Notes: a model not told the origin generated them from the sequence alone. A DNA stretch of 64,000 nucleotides from Alphaproteobacteria bacterium (GCA_963667785.2 CAXXMU010000006.1:1088001-1152000); one strand, 5' to 3'; shown: positions 1 to 10,272, counted from the first letter of the stretch. Program-made: numbers and translations.

Positions 1-1321
1 GCGTATCCCACGCCTTCAGGTAGTCGCCGCTGTCGTGACGGACGCCGGTGACACTGGTGAAGGGGAAGCCGGCGATCAGGTTCCTCCGCTTCAGCGCGGC
101 GGTCTCCAGGCCGAGCCTGCGGGCCAGCATGTCGAGCCCGCGCTCGAGCGCGAACCGCGCCGGATACGCATCGGCAGGGCGCGGCGGGCCGGGGCACGGC
201 TTGTTGGTGACGGCGCAGCGCAGCGTGATGTCGGCGTGAGCGATCGCGTAGGCGCCCGGCAGCATGACCGAGCCGAGCTGCGGCACGACGACGCCGCGGC
301 GGATATCCTCCCGCCCGTCGCCGACGTCGGCGATGCCGCGATCGCGCAGCGCGAGGATGCGGCCCTCCTCGTCCGCGGCGATGTCGAGATCGTGAACCCG
401 GTCTCCTCCCGGACCGGCCGCCATCAGGTGCTCCGCGCGCGTCTCGATCCAGCGCACCGGGCGCCCGAGCCTGCGCGCGAGATGGCAGACGACCGCGTGC
501 TCCCGGCAGACGGACGCCGTGGCGCCGATGCCACCGCCCTGGTCGCGCGGCGCGACGATGCGCACCGCGGCCGCGGGCAGCCCGAGGAGATCGGCCAGCG
601 CGAGGCGCGCGCCGTGGGGGTGTCGCGTCGCCAGGTGCAGCGTCAGCCCGTCCGTATCGCTCCAGAGCGCGAGCGCGCCCCGGGTCTCGATGGGGCAGGC
701 GCCGCAGCCCTGGGCGCGGAAGCGTTGGCTCAGCACCACGTCGGCGGCGGCGAACGCCGCCTCGACCTCCGCGTCGTTCGCGGCGATTGCGTCCGAGTCC
801 GCACCGCCCGTGCAGCGCGCGGCGAATATCTCGTTGCTCTCCCACCCGTCATGGGCCCGCGGCGCGCCATCGCGGAGCGCGGCCTCGGCATCCGTCACGA
901 CCGGCAGCGCCTCGTAGTCGACCGCCACGGCCGCCGCCGCGTCCTCGGCCACGTACTTGTCGTCGGCCACGACCGCGGCCAGGGGCTCGCCGTGCCAGCA
1001 GACCTCGTCCACGGCCAGCGGCCAGACCTGCCGACCGCTGGCGCCAGGCGCCGGAGACGCCGCCGGCACCCCCCCGCCCGTCATCTCGGTCGCGAGCTCG
1101 GCACCGGTGACGGCAGCGACCACCCCCGGCATGGCCAGCGCCGCCGCCGTCCGAACGCTCCCTATCCTGGCGTGCGCATGGTCGGAGCGAACGAAACAGA
1201 GATGCAGGCAACCGTCGACGCGGAGATCGGCGAGGTACTCGCCCTCGCCTGCGAGCAGGCGGTCATCCTCCCGCCGCTCCAGCGAGCGGCCGATCCAGCC
1301 TTCCTCGCCGGCCGCCGTCAT
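1..1321 (-). CDS. Xanthine dehydrogenase/CoxL-family molybdopterin-binding large subunit (3' end outside window)
   Basis: Translated manually from ATG at 1321: MTAAGEEGWIGRSLERREDDRLLAGEGEYLADL...FVRSDHAHARI, a typical CoxL/XdhA N-terminus. ATGA overlap with the small-subunit stop. Confidence 0.9.
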   Translation of the reverse strand, partial: MTAAGEEGWIGRSLERREDDRLLAGEGEYLADLRVDGCLHLCFVRSDHAHARIGSVRTAAALAMPGVVAAVTGAELATEMTGGGVPAASPAPGASGRQVWPLAVDEVCWHGEPLAAVVADDKYVAEDAAAAVAVDYEALPVVTDAEAALRDGAPRAHDGWESNEIFAARCTGGADSDAIAANDAEVEAAFAAADVVLSQRFRAQGCGACPIETRGALALWSDTDGLTLHLATRHPHGARLALADLLGLPAAAVRIVAPRDQGGGIGATASVCREHAVVCHLARRLGRPVRWIETRAEHLMAAGPGGDRVHDLDIAADEEGRILALRDRGIADVGDGREDIRRGVVVPQLGSVMLPGAYAIAHADITLRCAVTNKPCPGPPRPADAYPARFALERGLDMLARRLGLETAALKRRNLIAGFPFTSVTGVRHDSGDYLKAWDT

Positions 1322-1833
1322 GGCGGCGGCTCGGTCTCCGCCGGCGGCGGTTCGGGCTTCAGCCCGTGGCGCATGGCGGAGGCGGCGAGGATCGCCTCGA
1401 CGATGTGGCTGTAGCCGGTGCAGCGGCAGAGATTGCCGATCAGCGCGCGACGCACCGCCTCCTCGTCCGGGTTGATGTTCTCGTCCAGGAAGTCCACCGC
1501 GTTCATCAGGATGCCGCTGGTGCAGAAGCCGCATTGCAGGGCGTGATAGCGGCGGAAGGCGCGCTTCAAGTGGTGCGGGAGTCCGCGGCTGCCGAGACCC
1601 TCGATCGTGGTGACCTCCTTGCCGTCGGCCTGCACCGCGAGCGTCAAGCAGGACTTGTGGGCGCGGCCCTCGATCAGCACGGTGCAGGCGCCGCAGCGCC
1701 CCTCGTGGCCGCAGCCGACATGCGTGCCCGTGAGGCCGCACTCGTCGCGGATGAAGTCGACGAGGAGCAGGCGGATCGGCACCTCGCGCGCGCAGGCCCG
1801 GCCGTTGACGGTGACGGTGATCGCCTTGCTCAC
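1318..1833 (-). CDS. CoxS/CutS-family (2Fe-2S) small subunit
   Basis: Motifs GC..G.CGAC, QCGFCTSG and GNLCRCTGY. Confidence 0.93.
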   Translation of the reverse strand: MSKAITVTVNGRACAREVPIRLLLVDFIRDECGLTGTHVGCGHEGRCGACTVLIEGRAHKSCLTLAVQADGKEVTTIEGLGSRGLPHHLKRAFRRYHALQCGFCTSGILMNAVDFLDENINPDEEAVRRALIGNLCRCTGYSHIVEAILAASAMRHGLKPEPPPAETEPPP

Positions 1834-1837
1834 GGCA

Positions 1838-2713
1838 CTACCCGCCGGCGGCGCGCGCGTAGGCCCGGGCCAGCACGTCGCGGCCGAGGGTGCGGATCAG
1901 GACCCCGCGATAGCCGGCCCCGGCGAGGTGATCCGTCTGCGTCTCGATCGCTTCTGCGGCCGCGGTGGCGGCGGCGGCGAAGGTCTCGGCGGTGCCCGGC
2001 CGGCCGCTCAGAAGCTCGTCGATCGCCTCAAAGCGCCGTGCCGTCGGCAGAATGCCGCCGACGCCGAAGCGGGCGGCCGTGCAACGGGCGGCCTCGTCGA
2101 TCTCGACCTGGGCCGCGATGCCGACGATCGGCACCCCGTCGGCCGTCGCGCCGTACTTCGCGTATGCGCTGCCCGTGCCGTGCGGCCGGCCCGCGGGAAA
2201 GGTGATCTCGACCAGCAGCTCGTCCTCCCTCAGCGCGGTCTCGTTCGGCCCGATCAGGAACTCCCCGATGGGCACGGTGCGCTCGCCGCCCGCCGGCGAG
2301 GCGAGAACGAGTGTCGCGTCGAGGCAGAGGCAGACGGCCGGCATGCAGGAGGCGACGTCGTTCCAGCACAGGCTGCCGCCGATGGTGCCGGCATTGCGCA
2401 CCTGCCGGTCGCCCAGCGTGGCGGCCGCATCCGATATCGCCTGCAGGGCCCCGTGCAGGGCCGTCGTGGCGGCCAGCTCGCGGTAGCGGGTCAGCGGGCG
2501 TACGGTGACGACGCGGGAGCTCTTGGCGATGCCCCTCAGCGCCTCGATCTCGGTCAGGTCGATCAGCACCCGCGGCGCGGCCAAGCGTGCCCTCATCGCC
2601 TGCATCAGGCTCGTGCCGCCGGCGATCCAGGCGGCGCCTGCGCGGGCACGACTCGCGAGCGCCTCCTCGACGCTCTTCGGCGCGCAATAGTCCTCGATGG
2701 GTGCCGGGTACAT
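1838..2713 (-). CDS. CoxM/CutM-family FAD-binding medium subunit
   Basis: Motifs AGGTSL and QVRNAGTIGGSL; M-S-L gene order. Confidence 0.92.
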   Translation of the reverse strand: MYPAPIEDYCAPKSVEEALASRARAGAAWIAGGTSLMQAMRARLAAPRVLIDLTEIEALRGIAKSSRVVTVRPLTRYRELAATTALHGALQAISDAAATLGDRQVRNAGTIGGSLCWNDVASCMPAVCLCLDATLVLASPAGGERTVPIGEFLIGPNETALREDELLVEITFPAGRPHGTGSAYAKYGATADGVPIVGIAAQVEIDEAARCTAARFGVGGILPTARRFEAIDELLSGRPGTAETFAAAATAAAEAIETQTDHLAGAGYRGVLIRTLGRDVLARAYARAAGG

Positions 2714-2825
2714 GACGGCTCACAGACTAGGCACGATGCCGTGCAGGCGAAAGGAGGGGGCCGCGGTCGATCGCCGGCTAGAGCATTATCCGGCCATACG
2801 AGGTCACCACGGCTCGACAGCACCC

Positions 2826-2995
2826 ACCTCCCCTGCCCCCTCCTCCCAGGAGGAGGGGGAACGAAAGCGGTGCCGCTCCTTCTCCCTCTCCTCCCCCTCG
2901 CGCTGTAAGGCGCGGTAGCCAAGCTCGCGGAGCGAGCGCCCGGCGACTGAGGGAACATGGAAGGGGGAGGAGAGGGCCGGGGTGAGGTGGGGGAA
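2826..2995. repeat. REP-like GC-rich palindromic intergenic element
   Basis: Nested inverted repeats ccccctcctcc-ca-ggaggagggg and ccctctcctccccct...agggggaggagaggg, followed by ccggggtgaggtgggg. Resembles proteobacterial REP units. Confidence 0.5.
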
Positions 2996-3067
2996 GCTCG
3001 GGCGGCACCGCACGAGGATCGGGCACCCGCGGCAACTCGCTGCAATCGTGTCTGAACGAAAAGGGTT

Positions 3068-4477
3068 CTACCGCTCGGCGTCCTCCACCTCCTTGCCGAA
3101 CAGCCTCACCCGCGTGCCTGCCAGCATGGCGCCGAGCTTCGTCCTGATCGCCCAGAGACAGACGAGCGAGGGAAGCACCATCAGCGTCGTGATGACGAAG
3201 AAGGTGCCCCAGTCGCCCTCCAGCCAGTCCACCAGCTCGCCCGAGGACGCGGCGAGCAGGGTCCGGCCCGCGGTGCCGATCGAGGCGAGCAGCGCGTACT
3301 GGGTGGCGGTATAGGTCCGGTCCACCAGCATGGAGATGAAGGCGACGAAGGTGACCGTCGCAAACGCGCTGGTGAGGTCGTCCATCACCACCGCCGCCGC
3401 GAACACCGCCTCCGAGCGGCCGGTCCAGGCGAGCGCGGCGAACATGAGGTTGGTCAGCGCCATGGCGATCCCGGCCAGGAACATGGCCTTGATCAGGCCG
3501 ATCCGGATCGCCGCCAGCCCGCCCAGCAGCGTGAACGCCACGGTGACGACCCAGCCGAGCCCGCCCGAGTAGAGCGCGATGTCCGGCTTGGAGAACCCGA
3601 CCTCGGTATAGAATACGAGGGACATGCGGCCCAGGAACGCCTCGCCGATCTTGAACAGGAAGACGAAGCCGAGAATCGCGGCGGCGATGGCGAAGCCGTT
3701 GGCCCGGAAGAAGCGCGCGAGCGGGCCGAGCACGGTGGCGCCGGCCCAGGCGGCGGCGCGGCCGAGCGGGCCGGAGAGCGCGAGGCGGGCCGCGATGCGC
3801 TTCTCGTCCTCGGCCTGGGCGGCGATCCGCTCCTCCGCCGGGCGCTCGCGCACGAACATGAGGCCGATGTTGCAGAGGACGACCACGACCCCGAGCACGA
3901 GGAAGGTCGCCTGCCAGTAGCCTTCCACGCCCGCGTTTTGGAAGGCCTCGGCCACATGGAGCGCGACGATGCCGCCGAGCTTGAACCCGGTCCACCAGCC
4001 CACCACGGCGACCGCCGCGCCGGCGGCCATCGCCTCGCCCTCGGCCCTCCCGAATTGCTCGATCCTGAGCGCGTCGATGGTGATGTCCTGGGTCGCCGAG
4101 GCGACGGCGACGACGAGGCCGACGGCAATGACGGCGCCGAGCGCGGCGCTGGGGTCAAGCGCGCTCCACAGCACGAGGCACACCAGGATCACCGCCTGAA
4201 GGACGACGATCCACGCGCGGCGATGGCCGATCCTGTCTGTGAGCCACGGCAGCCGGACGCGGTCGATGAGCGGCGCCCAGAGGAAGTTGAACGCGTACAC
4301 GCCGAAGATGAGCCCGGCCCAGCCGATGGTGCTGCGGCTGAGGCCGTCCTCCTTCAGCCAGAGGGTGAGGCTGCTGCCGATGAGGACCCAGGGGAACCCG
4401 CTGACGATCCCGAGCAGGAAGATGCGGGCCATCCGCCGCTCGAGGTAGACGGCAAGCGATGCCGCTAGTCCCTGCAC
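3068..4477 (-). CDS. ampG: AmpG-family muropeptide MFS permease
   Basis: Motifs LLGIVSGFP, FLWAPLID, SATQDITIDALRIE and YTATQYALL. Start (GTG 4477) is estimated. Confidence 0.88.
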   Translation of the reverse strand: MQGLAASLAVYLERRMARIFLLGIVSGFPWVLIGSSLTLWLKEDGLSRSTIGWAGLIFGVYAFNFLWAPLIDRVRLPWLTDRIGHRRAWIVVLQAVILVCLVLWSALDPSAALGAVIAVGLVVAVASATQDITIDALRIEQFGRAEGEAMAAGAAVAVVGWWTGFKLGGIVALHVAEAFQNAGVEGYWQATFLVLGVVVVLCNIGLMFVRERPAEERIAAQAEDEKRIAARLALSGPLGRAAAWAGATVLGPLARFFRANGFAIAAAILGFVFLFKIGEAFLGRMSLVFYTEVGFSKPDIALYSGGLGWVVTVAFTLLGGLAAIRIGLIKAMFLAGIAMALTNLMFAALAWTGRSEAVFAAAVVMDDLTSAFATVTFVAFISMLVDRTYTATQYALLASIGTAGRTLLAASSGELVDWLEGDWGTFFVITTLMVLPSLVCLWAIRTKLGAMLAGTRVRLFGKEVEDAER

Positions 4478-4682
4478 GCTGCCTCCCGAGCCGTTCGGCC
4501 CCACCCGCCGGGCCACGCCGGCCGCAAGCGGTTGCGGCGGAATGCTAGCCCGCATTACTCACCAGGGTCACGGTCTGCGGGACGCGGGCACGCCGGCGCG
4601 ATGCCGACGGCGCGCGAGGTCTCGTGTTGACGCGGCCTGCGCTCGGCCCGCACCATCGCCCGGAACGACCAGGGTGAGGGCG

Positions 4683-5885
4683 ATGGAACAGCTCAAGACG
4701 ATCCGGAACGGCGAGAGGGTCCGGCCCACCTTCTCGGCTGCCGAGATGAACCGCAGGCTCGGCGCCTTGCGCGCCCACATGGCGGAGAGGCAGATCGATG
4801 CCTGCCTCTTCACCTCGTATCACAACATCCACTATTTCAGCGACTTCCTCTACTGCTCCTTCGGGCGCTCCTACGGCCTGGCGGTCACGCAGGAGAGCCA
4901 GACCACGATCTCCGCCAACATCGACGGCGGACAGCCCTGGCGGCGCACTTTCGGCGACAACGTCGTCTACACCGACTGGCACCGGGACAACTACTTCGTG
5001 GCCGTGAAGGGGCTGATCCGGGACGGCTCGCGGGTCGGCGTGGAGTTCGACCACATCACGGTCGAGAACCTGCGCAAGCTGCAGGACGCCCTGCCGGCGG
5101 CGGAGCTGGTCGACGTGGGCAAGCCGACCATGCGCATGCGGATGGTGAAGTCCGACGAGGAGATCGCCTGGATCCGCGAGAGCGCCCGCATCGCAGACGT
5201 CGGCGGCGCGGCCTGCGTGGAGGCGATCGCCGTCGGCGTGCCGGAGTACGAGGTGGCGCTGCATTCGACGCGCGCCATGGTGCGTGAGATCGGCGCCAGC
5301 CAGCCGCACGTGGAGCTGATGGACACCTGGACCTGGTTCCAGTCCGGCATCAACACCGACGGCGCCCACAACCCCGTCACCTCACGCCGGATCGAGCGCG
5401 GCGACATCCTGAGCCTCAACTGCTTCCCCATGCCGTCCGGCTACTACACGGCGCTGGAGCGCACCCTCTTCGCCGAGGAATGCTCGGACGAGCACCTGCG
5501 GCTGTGGCGGATCAACGTCGAGGTGCACGAGGCGGGGATCGCGCTCATCAGGCCGGGCGCACGCTGCTGCGACATCGCCGCGGCGCTCAACGAGATCTAC
5601 GCGCGCCACGGACTGCTCGAAAACCGCACCTTCGGCTACGGCCACAGCTTCGGCGTGCTCTGCCACTACTACGGCCGCGAGGCGGGGCTCGAGCTGCGGG
5701 AAGATGTGGAGACCGTGCTCGAGCCCGGCATGGTGGTCTCCATGGAGCCGATGATCATGATCCCCGACGGCGAGCCCGGCGCGGGCGGCTACCGCGAGCA
5801 CGACATCCTGGTGGTGGGCGAGGAGGGCGCCGAGGACATCACCGGGTTCCCCTACGGGCCGGCGCACAACATCGTGCGCGGCTAG
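4683..5885 (+). CDS. creA: Creatinase (creatine amidinohydrolase, M24 fold)
   Basis: Motifs FLYCSFGR, TWTWFQSGINTDGAHNPVT, GYGHSFG and GYREHDIL match characterised creatinases. Confidence 0.92.
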   Translation: MEQLKTIRNGERVRPTFSAAEMNRRLGALRAHMAERQIDACLFTSYHNIHYFSDFLYCSFGRSYGLAVTQESQTTISANIDGGQPWRRTFGDNVVYTDWHRDNYFVAVKGLIRDGSRVGVEFDHITVENLRKLQDALPAAELVDVGKPTMRMRMVKSDEEIAWIRESARIADVGGAACVEAIAVGVPEYEVALHSTRAMVREIGASQPHVELMDTWTWFQSGINTDGAHNPVTSRRIERGDILSLNCFPMPSGYYTALERTLFAEECSDEHLRLWRINVEVHEAGIALIRPGARCCDIAAALNEIYARHGLLENRTFGYGHSFGVLCHYYGREAGLELREDVETVLEPGMVVSMEPMIMIPDGEPGAGGYREHDILVVGEEGAEDITGFPYGPAHNIVRG

Positions 5886-6059
5886 AGCGTGTCCGCTTTG
5901 CACGGAAACGCTCTAGCCTCTTTGTCGCTCACGGCAGCCGGCCTGTGGCCGGCGCCTCCGCGTCGCGCGTTCACGCGCGCGGGCGCGCGATGGCGCCGCA
6001 TAGGCGGCGGGCCGCAGTCGCGGCCTGTCGCGTATCCGTCAAAGACGGATACGCTCTAG
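5882..6059. repeat. RIME/MITE-like palindromic repeat, copy 1
   Basis: Termini CTAGAGCGTGTCCG...CGGATACGCTCTAG with internal hairpins. A related inverted copy lies at 16356-16511. Confidence 0.7.
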
Positions 6060-6072
6060 CCCGGCCCGCCGC

Positions 6073-7008
6073 GTGCCAGAGACGCCCGCAGCGCAAGCAG
6101 GCCCAAGGTCGCTGCTCTGGCCGGCGCTGCTGCTGGTCGTCTCTGCGCTGGGCTGGGGCCTGCTCTACTCGCTCAACCGGCTGGCGACGACCGACGGCAT
6201 CCCCTTCATCCCCTACGTGTTCTGGATGGGCGTGGGCGCGGCGCTCATCCTGCTGGGGCTCGGCGCAGTGTTCCGCACGCTGCCGCGGCTCTCGTGGGAG
6301 CATCTGCGCGGCTACCTCGTGCTCGGCACGATCTCCTTCGGCATGACCTACACCATCCTGGCCTTCGTCGCGCCCAAGGTGCCAGCAGGCGTGCTCGGGC
6401 TGGGTGCGACTCTCACGCCCATCCTCACCTACCCCGCCGCCGCGCTCTTCCGGATGGACCGCTTCCGCGCGATCCGCACCGTGGGCCTGGTGCTCGGCGT
6501 CGGCGGCGTGGCGCTGGTGGTGGTGCCCGAGACCAGCCTTCCCACCCGCGCCATGGCTCCCTGGGTGCTGCTGAGCTTCGCAGGCCCGGTTCTCTATGTC
6601 GCGAACGCGCTGATCATCGCGTGGATCAGGCCGCCGCCCGCCGGCGCGCTGCCGCTGGCCGGCGGCGTTCTCGCGACCGGGGCCGTCTTCATGTTCGCGG
6701 TGATGGCGGCGAGCGGTGAGTGGTGGTGGTTCGAGGGGCCGATGACCGCCGGCGACTGGGCGCTCGCGGGTGCTGCGGGCACCATGGCGCTGGTCTTCTA
6801 TCTCATGGTCGAGATCATCCGCCTCGCCGGCCCCGTCTTCTTCACGACGGTCAACTTCATGATCCCCCTCACCGGCATCGGCTGGGGCATGCTCTTCTTC
6901 GGCGAGCGCCACAGCGTCTGGATCTGGGCCGCGCTGGTCCTCATGCTCGCCGGCCTCTTCCTCGTCAACCGGCCGGCCAGGCCGCGCGACGACGACGCCA
7001 CGCCGTGA
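6073..7008 (+). CDS. DMT/EamA-family transporter
   Basis: About 10 hydrophobic segments, two EamA-like halves, GMLFFGE near the C-terminus. Confidence 0.88.
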   Translation: MPETPAAQAGPRSLLWPALLLVVSALGWGLLYSLNRLATTDGIPFIPYVFWMGVGAALILLGLGAVFRTLPRLSWEHLRGYLVLGTISFGMTYTILAFVAPKVPAGVLGLGATLTPILTYPAAALFRMDRFRAIRTVGLVLGVGGVALVVVPETSLPTRAMAPWVLLSFAGPVLYVANALIIAWIRPPPAGALPLAGGVLATGAVFMFAVMAASGEWWWFEGPMTAGDWALAGAAGTMALVFYLMVEIIRLAGPVFFTTVNFMIPLTGIGWGMLFFGERHSVWIWAALVLMLAGLFLVNRPARPRDDDATP

Positions 7009-7303
7009 CGGCCAGGGGCGCTCCTCCCCGGCGACGCCCCGGACCATGGTGCGCTGCACCGGTCGTGCCTCCGGTGCCAGTCTCGGCCCATGCGGCGCGA
7101 GAGCGAGTCATGGCAGGCGGACGCGGAATCGGCGGGCGCCCTTCGCCGGGCGCTGCGGCGGGCGGAGGCCCTGCCGGGAGCGCGCCGCCGCCGGGCGCCG
7201 GCTTTGCCCCTTGTGTCGGTTTGTGCCGGGTTGTCCCGGGATATTCCGCATAAAAAACGAGGGAGGTGTGCCACTTCAAAAACGAGGGGGGTGTGCCACT
7301 TCG
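6966..7303 (+). repeat. ~300-bp direct repeat, copy 1 (includes the 3' end of the DMT gene)
   Basis: Long near-identity to 15398-15693. Ends in two tandem 25-bp units AAAAACGAGGGRGGTGTGCCACTTC. Confidence 0.9.
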
Positions 7304-7342
7304 GGGCTGCTGCGGGCCGGCGGCCGGGCGCCGACCAGGACC

Positions 7343-8326
7343 TCAGTGGAGGAAGCAGGCGACCTTGTGGCCGTCGCGCACCTCCTTGAGCTCGGGCTGC
7401 TGCTCCGAGCAGACCGGCATCCGGTGCGGACACCGGGTGTGGAAGGGGCAGCCCGGCGGAGGGCTGATCGGGCTCGGCACGTCGCCCTCGAGCCCGCCGA
7501 GCGAGTCGGCGCGCGGCCCGTCGGGATTGGCCTCGGGGATCGCGCTGATCAGCGCCTGTGAATAGGGATGCAGCGGCTCGCGGTAGAGGCTCTCGCTTTC
7601 CGCGATCTCCACGATCCGGCCGAGATAGAGCACCGCGGTGCGGTTGCAGAAGCGCTTCACCACCGAGAGGTCGTGGGAGATGAAGACGTAGGTGAGCTGA
7701 AAGCGCCCCTGCAGGTCGATCAGGAGGCGCAGGATCTGGGCTCGGATCGAGACATCGAGCGCGGAAACCGGCTCGTCGAGGATGAGCAGCTTGGGCTGCA
7801 GGATGAGGGCGCGGGCGATGGCGACGCGCTGGTTCTGCCCGCCGGAGAACTCGTGCGGCAGCCGGTCGTAGTAGTCCGCGCTGAGGCCCACGACCTCGAG
7901 GAACTCGCGCGCGCGGTCGAAGCGGTCCACCTTGTCGCCGATGCCGTGGAAGCGGAGCGGCTCGGCGATCTGGTTGCCGACCGACATGCGCGGGTTGAGC
8001 GAGCTGAGCGGGTCCTGGAAGACGATCTGCATCTCGCGCCGGAGCGCCAGCAGCTCCTTCTTGGTGCACGCTAGCACGTCGACGTCGTCGAGCGTGACCG
8101 AGCCTGCGGTGGGCTCGATCAGCCGCAGGATGAGGCGCGCAGTGGTGGACTTGCCGCAGCCGGATTCGCCGACGAGGCCCAGCGTCTCCCCCCGCGTCAC
8201 GTCGAAGTCGACGCCGTCGACGGCGCGCAGGATCGGCGGCGCGTCGAACAGGCCCTTGGGGTCGAGCTTGAAGTGCTTGACCAGTCCCTCGACCGAGAGG
8301 AGAGGGCCGCTCGCGGCGTCGTTCAT
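7343..8326 (-). CDS. Peptide ABC transporter ATP-binding subunit (DppF/OppF-like)
   Basis: Motifs GESGCGKST, FSGGQNQR, LILDEP and C-terminal GCPFHTRC. True start MNDAASG lies inside a longer ORF. Confidence 0.92.
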   Translation of the reverse strand: MNDAASGPLLSVEGLVKHFKLDPKGLFDAPPILRAVDGVDFDVTRGETLGLVGESGCGKSTTARLILRLIEPTAGSVTLDDVDVLACTKKELLALRREMQIVFQDPLSSLNPRMSVGNQIAEPLRFHGIGDKVDRFDRAREFLEVVGLSADYYDRLPHEFSGGQNQRVAIARALILQPKLLILDEPVSALDVSIRAQILRLLIDLQGRFQLTYVFISHDLSVVKRFCNRTAVLYLGRIVEIAESESLYREPLHPYSQALISAIPEANPDGPRADSLGGLEGDVPSPISPPPGCPFHTRCPHRMPVCSEQQPELKEVRDGHKVACFLH

Positions 8327-9333
8327 GATGCGGCCCCCGGGCCTGCGCCTGCGGCGCCTTCCTCCGCCTGGACGGCGTGGCAGACGGCGACGGACCCGGT
8401 CGCGGTCTCGACCCAGGGCGGGTCCTGCTCGCCGCAGACATCCATCGCCTTCACGCAGCGGTCGCGGAAGGCGCAGCCCGGCGGCGGGTCGATGGGGATC
8501 GGCGGCAGGCCCGAAATCGAGCGGAGCTCGGATTCGCGCGAATCGTCGAGCTTGATGATCGAATCCAGCAGGCCGAGGGTGTAGGGGTGCCGGGGGTTGC
8601 GGAAGATCGTCTTCACGTCGCCGTATTCGACCATGCGCCCGGAATACATCACCAGCACCTCGTCGGCCATGGCCGAGACGACGCCGAGGTCGTGGGTGAT
8701 GAGGATCATGGCGCTGCCGAGCTTCTTCTGGATGTCGGACAGCAGGCGCAGGATCTGCGCCTGGATGGTGACGTCGAGCGCGGTGGTGGGCTCGTCGGCG
8801 ATGAGGATGTCGGGCTCGCAGGCGATGGCGATGGCGATCAGCACGCGCTGGCGCATCCCGCCCGAGAACTGGTGCGGGTAGTCGGCGAGCCGCCCCTCGG
8901 GCTCCGGGATGCCGACGAGGCGCATGAGCTCCACCGCGCGGGCGCGGGCCTCGTCGGCGCTCGCGCCGGTATGCGCCCTGATGGTCTCGACGATCTGCTC
9001 GCCGATCGTGAAGACCGGGTTGAGCGAGGTCATCGGGTCCTGGAAGATCATGCCGATGCGGTTCCCGCGCAGATCCTCCATCTCGTGCTCGGTGAGCGCG
9101 AGGAGGTCCTGGTCGCGAAAGGAGATGGCGCCGTCGACGATCCGCCCCGGCGGCTCGATCAGACGCATGATCGACTGCGCCGTCACGCTCTTGCCCGAGC
9201 CGGATTCGCCGACGATGCAGAGCACGCGGCCGGCCTGAAGCTCGAAGGAGAGCCCGTCCACCGCCTTGAGCATGCCGGTGCGGAGCCTGAAGTGGGTGCG
9301 CAGGCCGCGGACGCTGAGGATCGACTCGCTCAC
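8323..9333 (-). CDS. Peptide ABC transporter ATP-binding subunit (DppD/OppD-like)
   Basis: Motifs [16 protein letters not shown] and [12 protein letters not shown]. Confidence 0.93.
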   Translation of the reverse strand: MSESILSVRGLRTHFRLRTGMLKAVDGLSFELQAGRVLCIVGESGSGKSVTAQSIMRLIEPPGRIVDGAISFRDQDLLALTEHEMEDLRGNRIGMIFQDPMTSLNPVFTIGEQIVETIRAHTGASADEARARAVELMRLVGIPEPEGRLADYPHQFSGGMRQRVLIAIAIACEPDILIADEPTTALDVTIQAQILRLLSDIQKKLGSAMILITHDLGVVSAMADEVLVMYSGRMVEYGDVKTIFRNPRHPYTLGLLDSIIKLDDSRESELRSISGLPPIPIDPPPGCAFRDRCVKAMDVCGEQDPPWVETATGSVAVCHAVQAEEGAAGAGPGAAS

Positions 9334-9345
9334 CGGGCGCCCCCC

Positions 9346-10272
9346 TCAGCGCACCCTGGCGCGCGGGTCGAGCGCGTCGCGCAGCCCGTCGCCGACGAAG
9401 GAGAACGCGAGCGAGACGATGACGATGATGAAGCCGGGGAAGGCCGTGGCGTGCGGCGCCTTCTTCAGCACCGCGCGGCCGTCGGAGACCATCGTGCCCC
9501 AGTCGGCGTCCGGCGGCTGGATGCCGAGGCCGAGGAAGGAGAGGCCGGAGCCCACCACCATCATCAGGCCGATCAGCGTCGTCGAGTAGACGATCACCGG
9601 CGCCAGCATGTTGGGCAGGATATAGCGGGCGAGGATGGTGGGCGTCGTGGCGCCGCCGGCGCGCGCGGCCTCGATATAGGGCTCCTGCTTGACCGAGACC
9701 GTGGTGGTTCGCACCAGCCTCGATATGTAGGGCACCAGCGCCACGGTGATGGAGAGGATCAGCGTGGCGACGCCCGGGTTGAGGATGCCGGCGATGACGA
9801 TGGCGAGCAGCACCAGGGGAAAGGCGAAGAAGACGTCGAGGACGCGCATCACCACCTGGTCCACCCAGCCGCCGACGTAGCCCGCGACGAGGCCGAGCAC
9901 GACGGCGATGAAGGTGGCCGCCACGGTCGGGACCACGCCGATGAGCAGCGACACCCGCCCGCCCCAGAAGAGGCGGGAGAGCATGTCGCGGCCGTCCATG
10001 TCGCCGCCGAGGACGAGGCCGTCGGTGCCGGGGAGCCCGCCGCGCGTGCCCACCGCCTCGGTCGGGTCGTGCGGGCTGATGTAGGGCGCGAGAATGGAGA
10101 TCAGCACCACGATGGCGAGGAAGATCAGCGCGCCGACCGCGGCCTTGTCCTTGGCATAGGCGTGCCAGGCGAGCGTGAGCGTCCGCCACATGATGTGGAG
10201 GTTCTCGCGGCGCAGCTCGGCCGCGGACCGCTGCCGCGTCGAGCGTCCGTGCAGGGTGGGCTCTACGGTCAT
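9346..10272 (-). CDS. Peptide ABC transporter permease (DppC-like)
   Basis: Motifs GRDMLSRL, YIEAARAGG and LSFLGLGIQPP. Confidence 0.92.
   Translation of the reverse strand: MTVEPTLHGRSTRQRSAAELRRENLHIMWRTLTLAWHAYAKDKAAVGALIFLAIVVLISILAPYISPHDPTEAVGTRGGLPGTDGLVLGGDMDGRDMLSRLFWGGRVSLLIGVVPTVAATFIAVVLGLVAGYVGGWVDQVVMRVLDVFFAFPLVLLAIVIAGILNPGVATLILSITVALVPYISRLVRTTTVSVKQEPYIEAARAGGATTPTILARYILPNMLAPVIVYSTTLIGLMMVVGSGLSFLGLGIQPPDADWGTMVSDGRAVLKKAPHATAFPGFIIVIVSLAFSFVGDGLRDALDPRARVR

Noticed and set aside
35-1414. Long ORFs antisense to or overlapping real genes (e.g. 35-1414, 12976-15672, 28121-30862, 57675-60254)
   Set aside because: These are shadow ORFs of high-GC coding DNA, Arg/Ala/Gly-rich and without family motifs.
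1-2713. Aerobic CO dehydrogenase (coxMSL)
   Set aside because: The active-site loop lacks AYxCSFR, so only the family-level call is supported.
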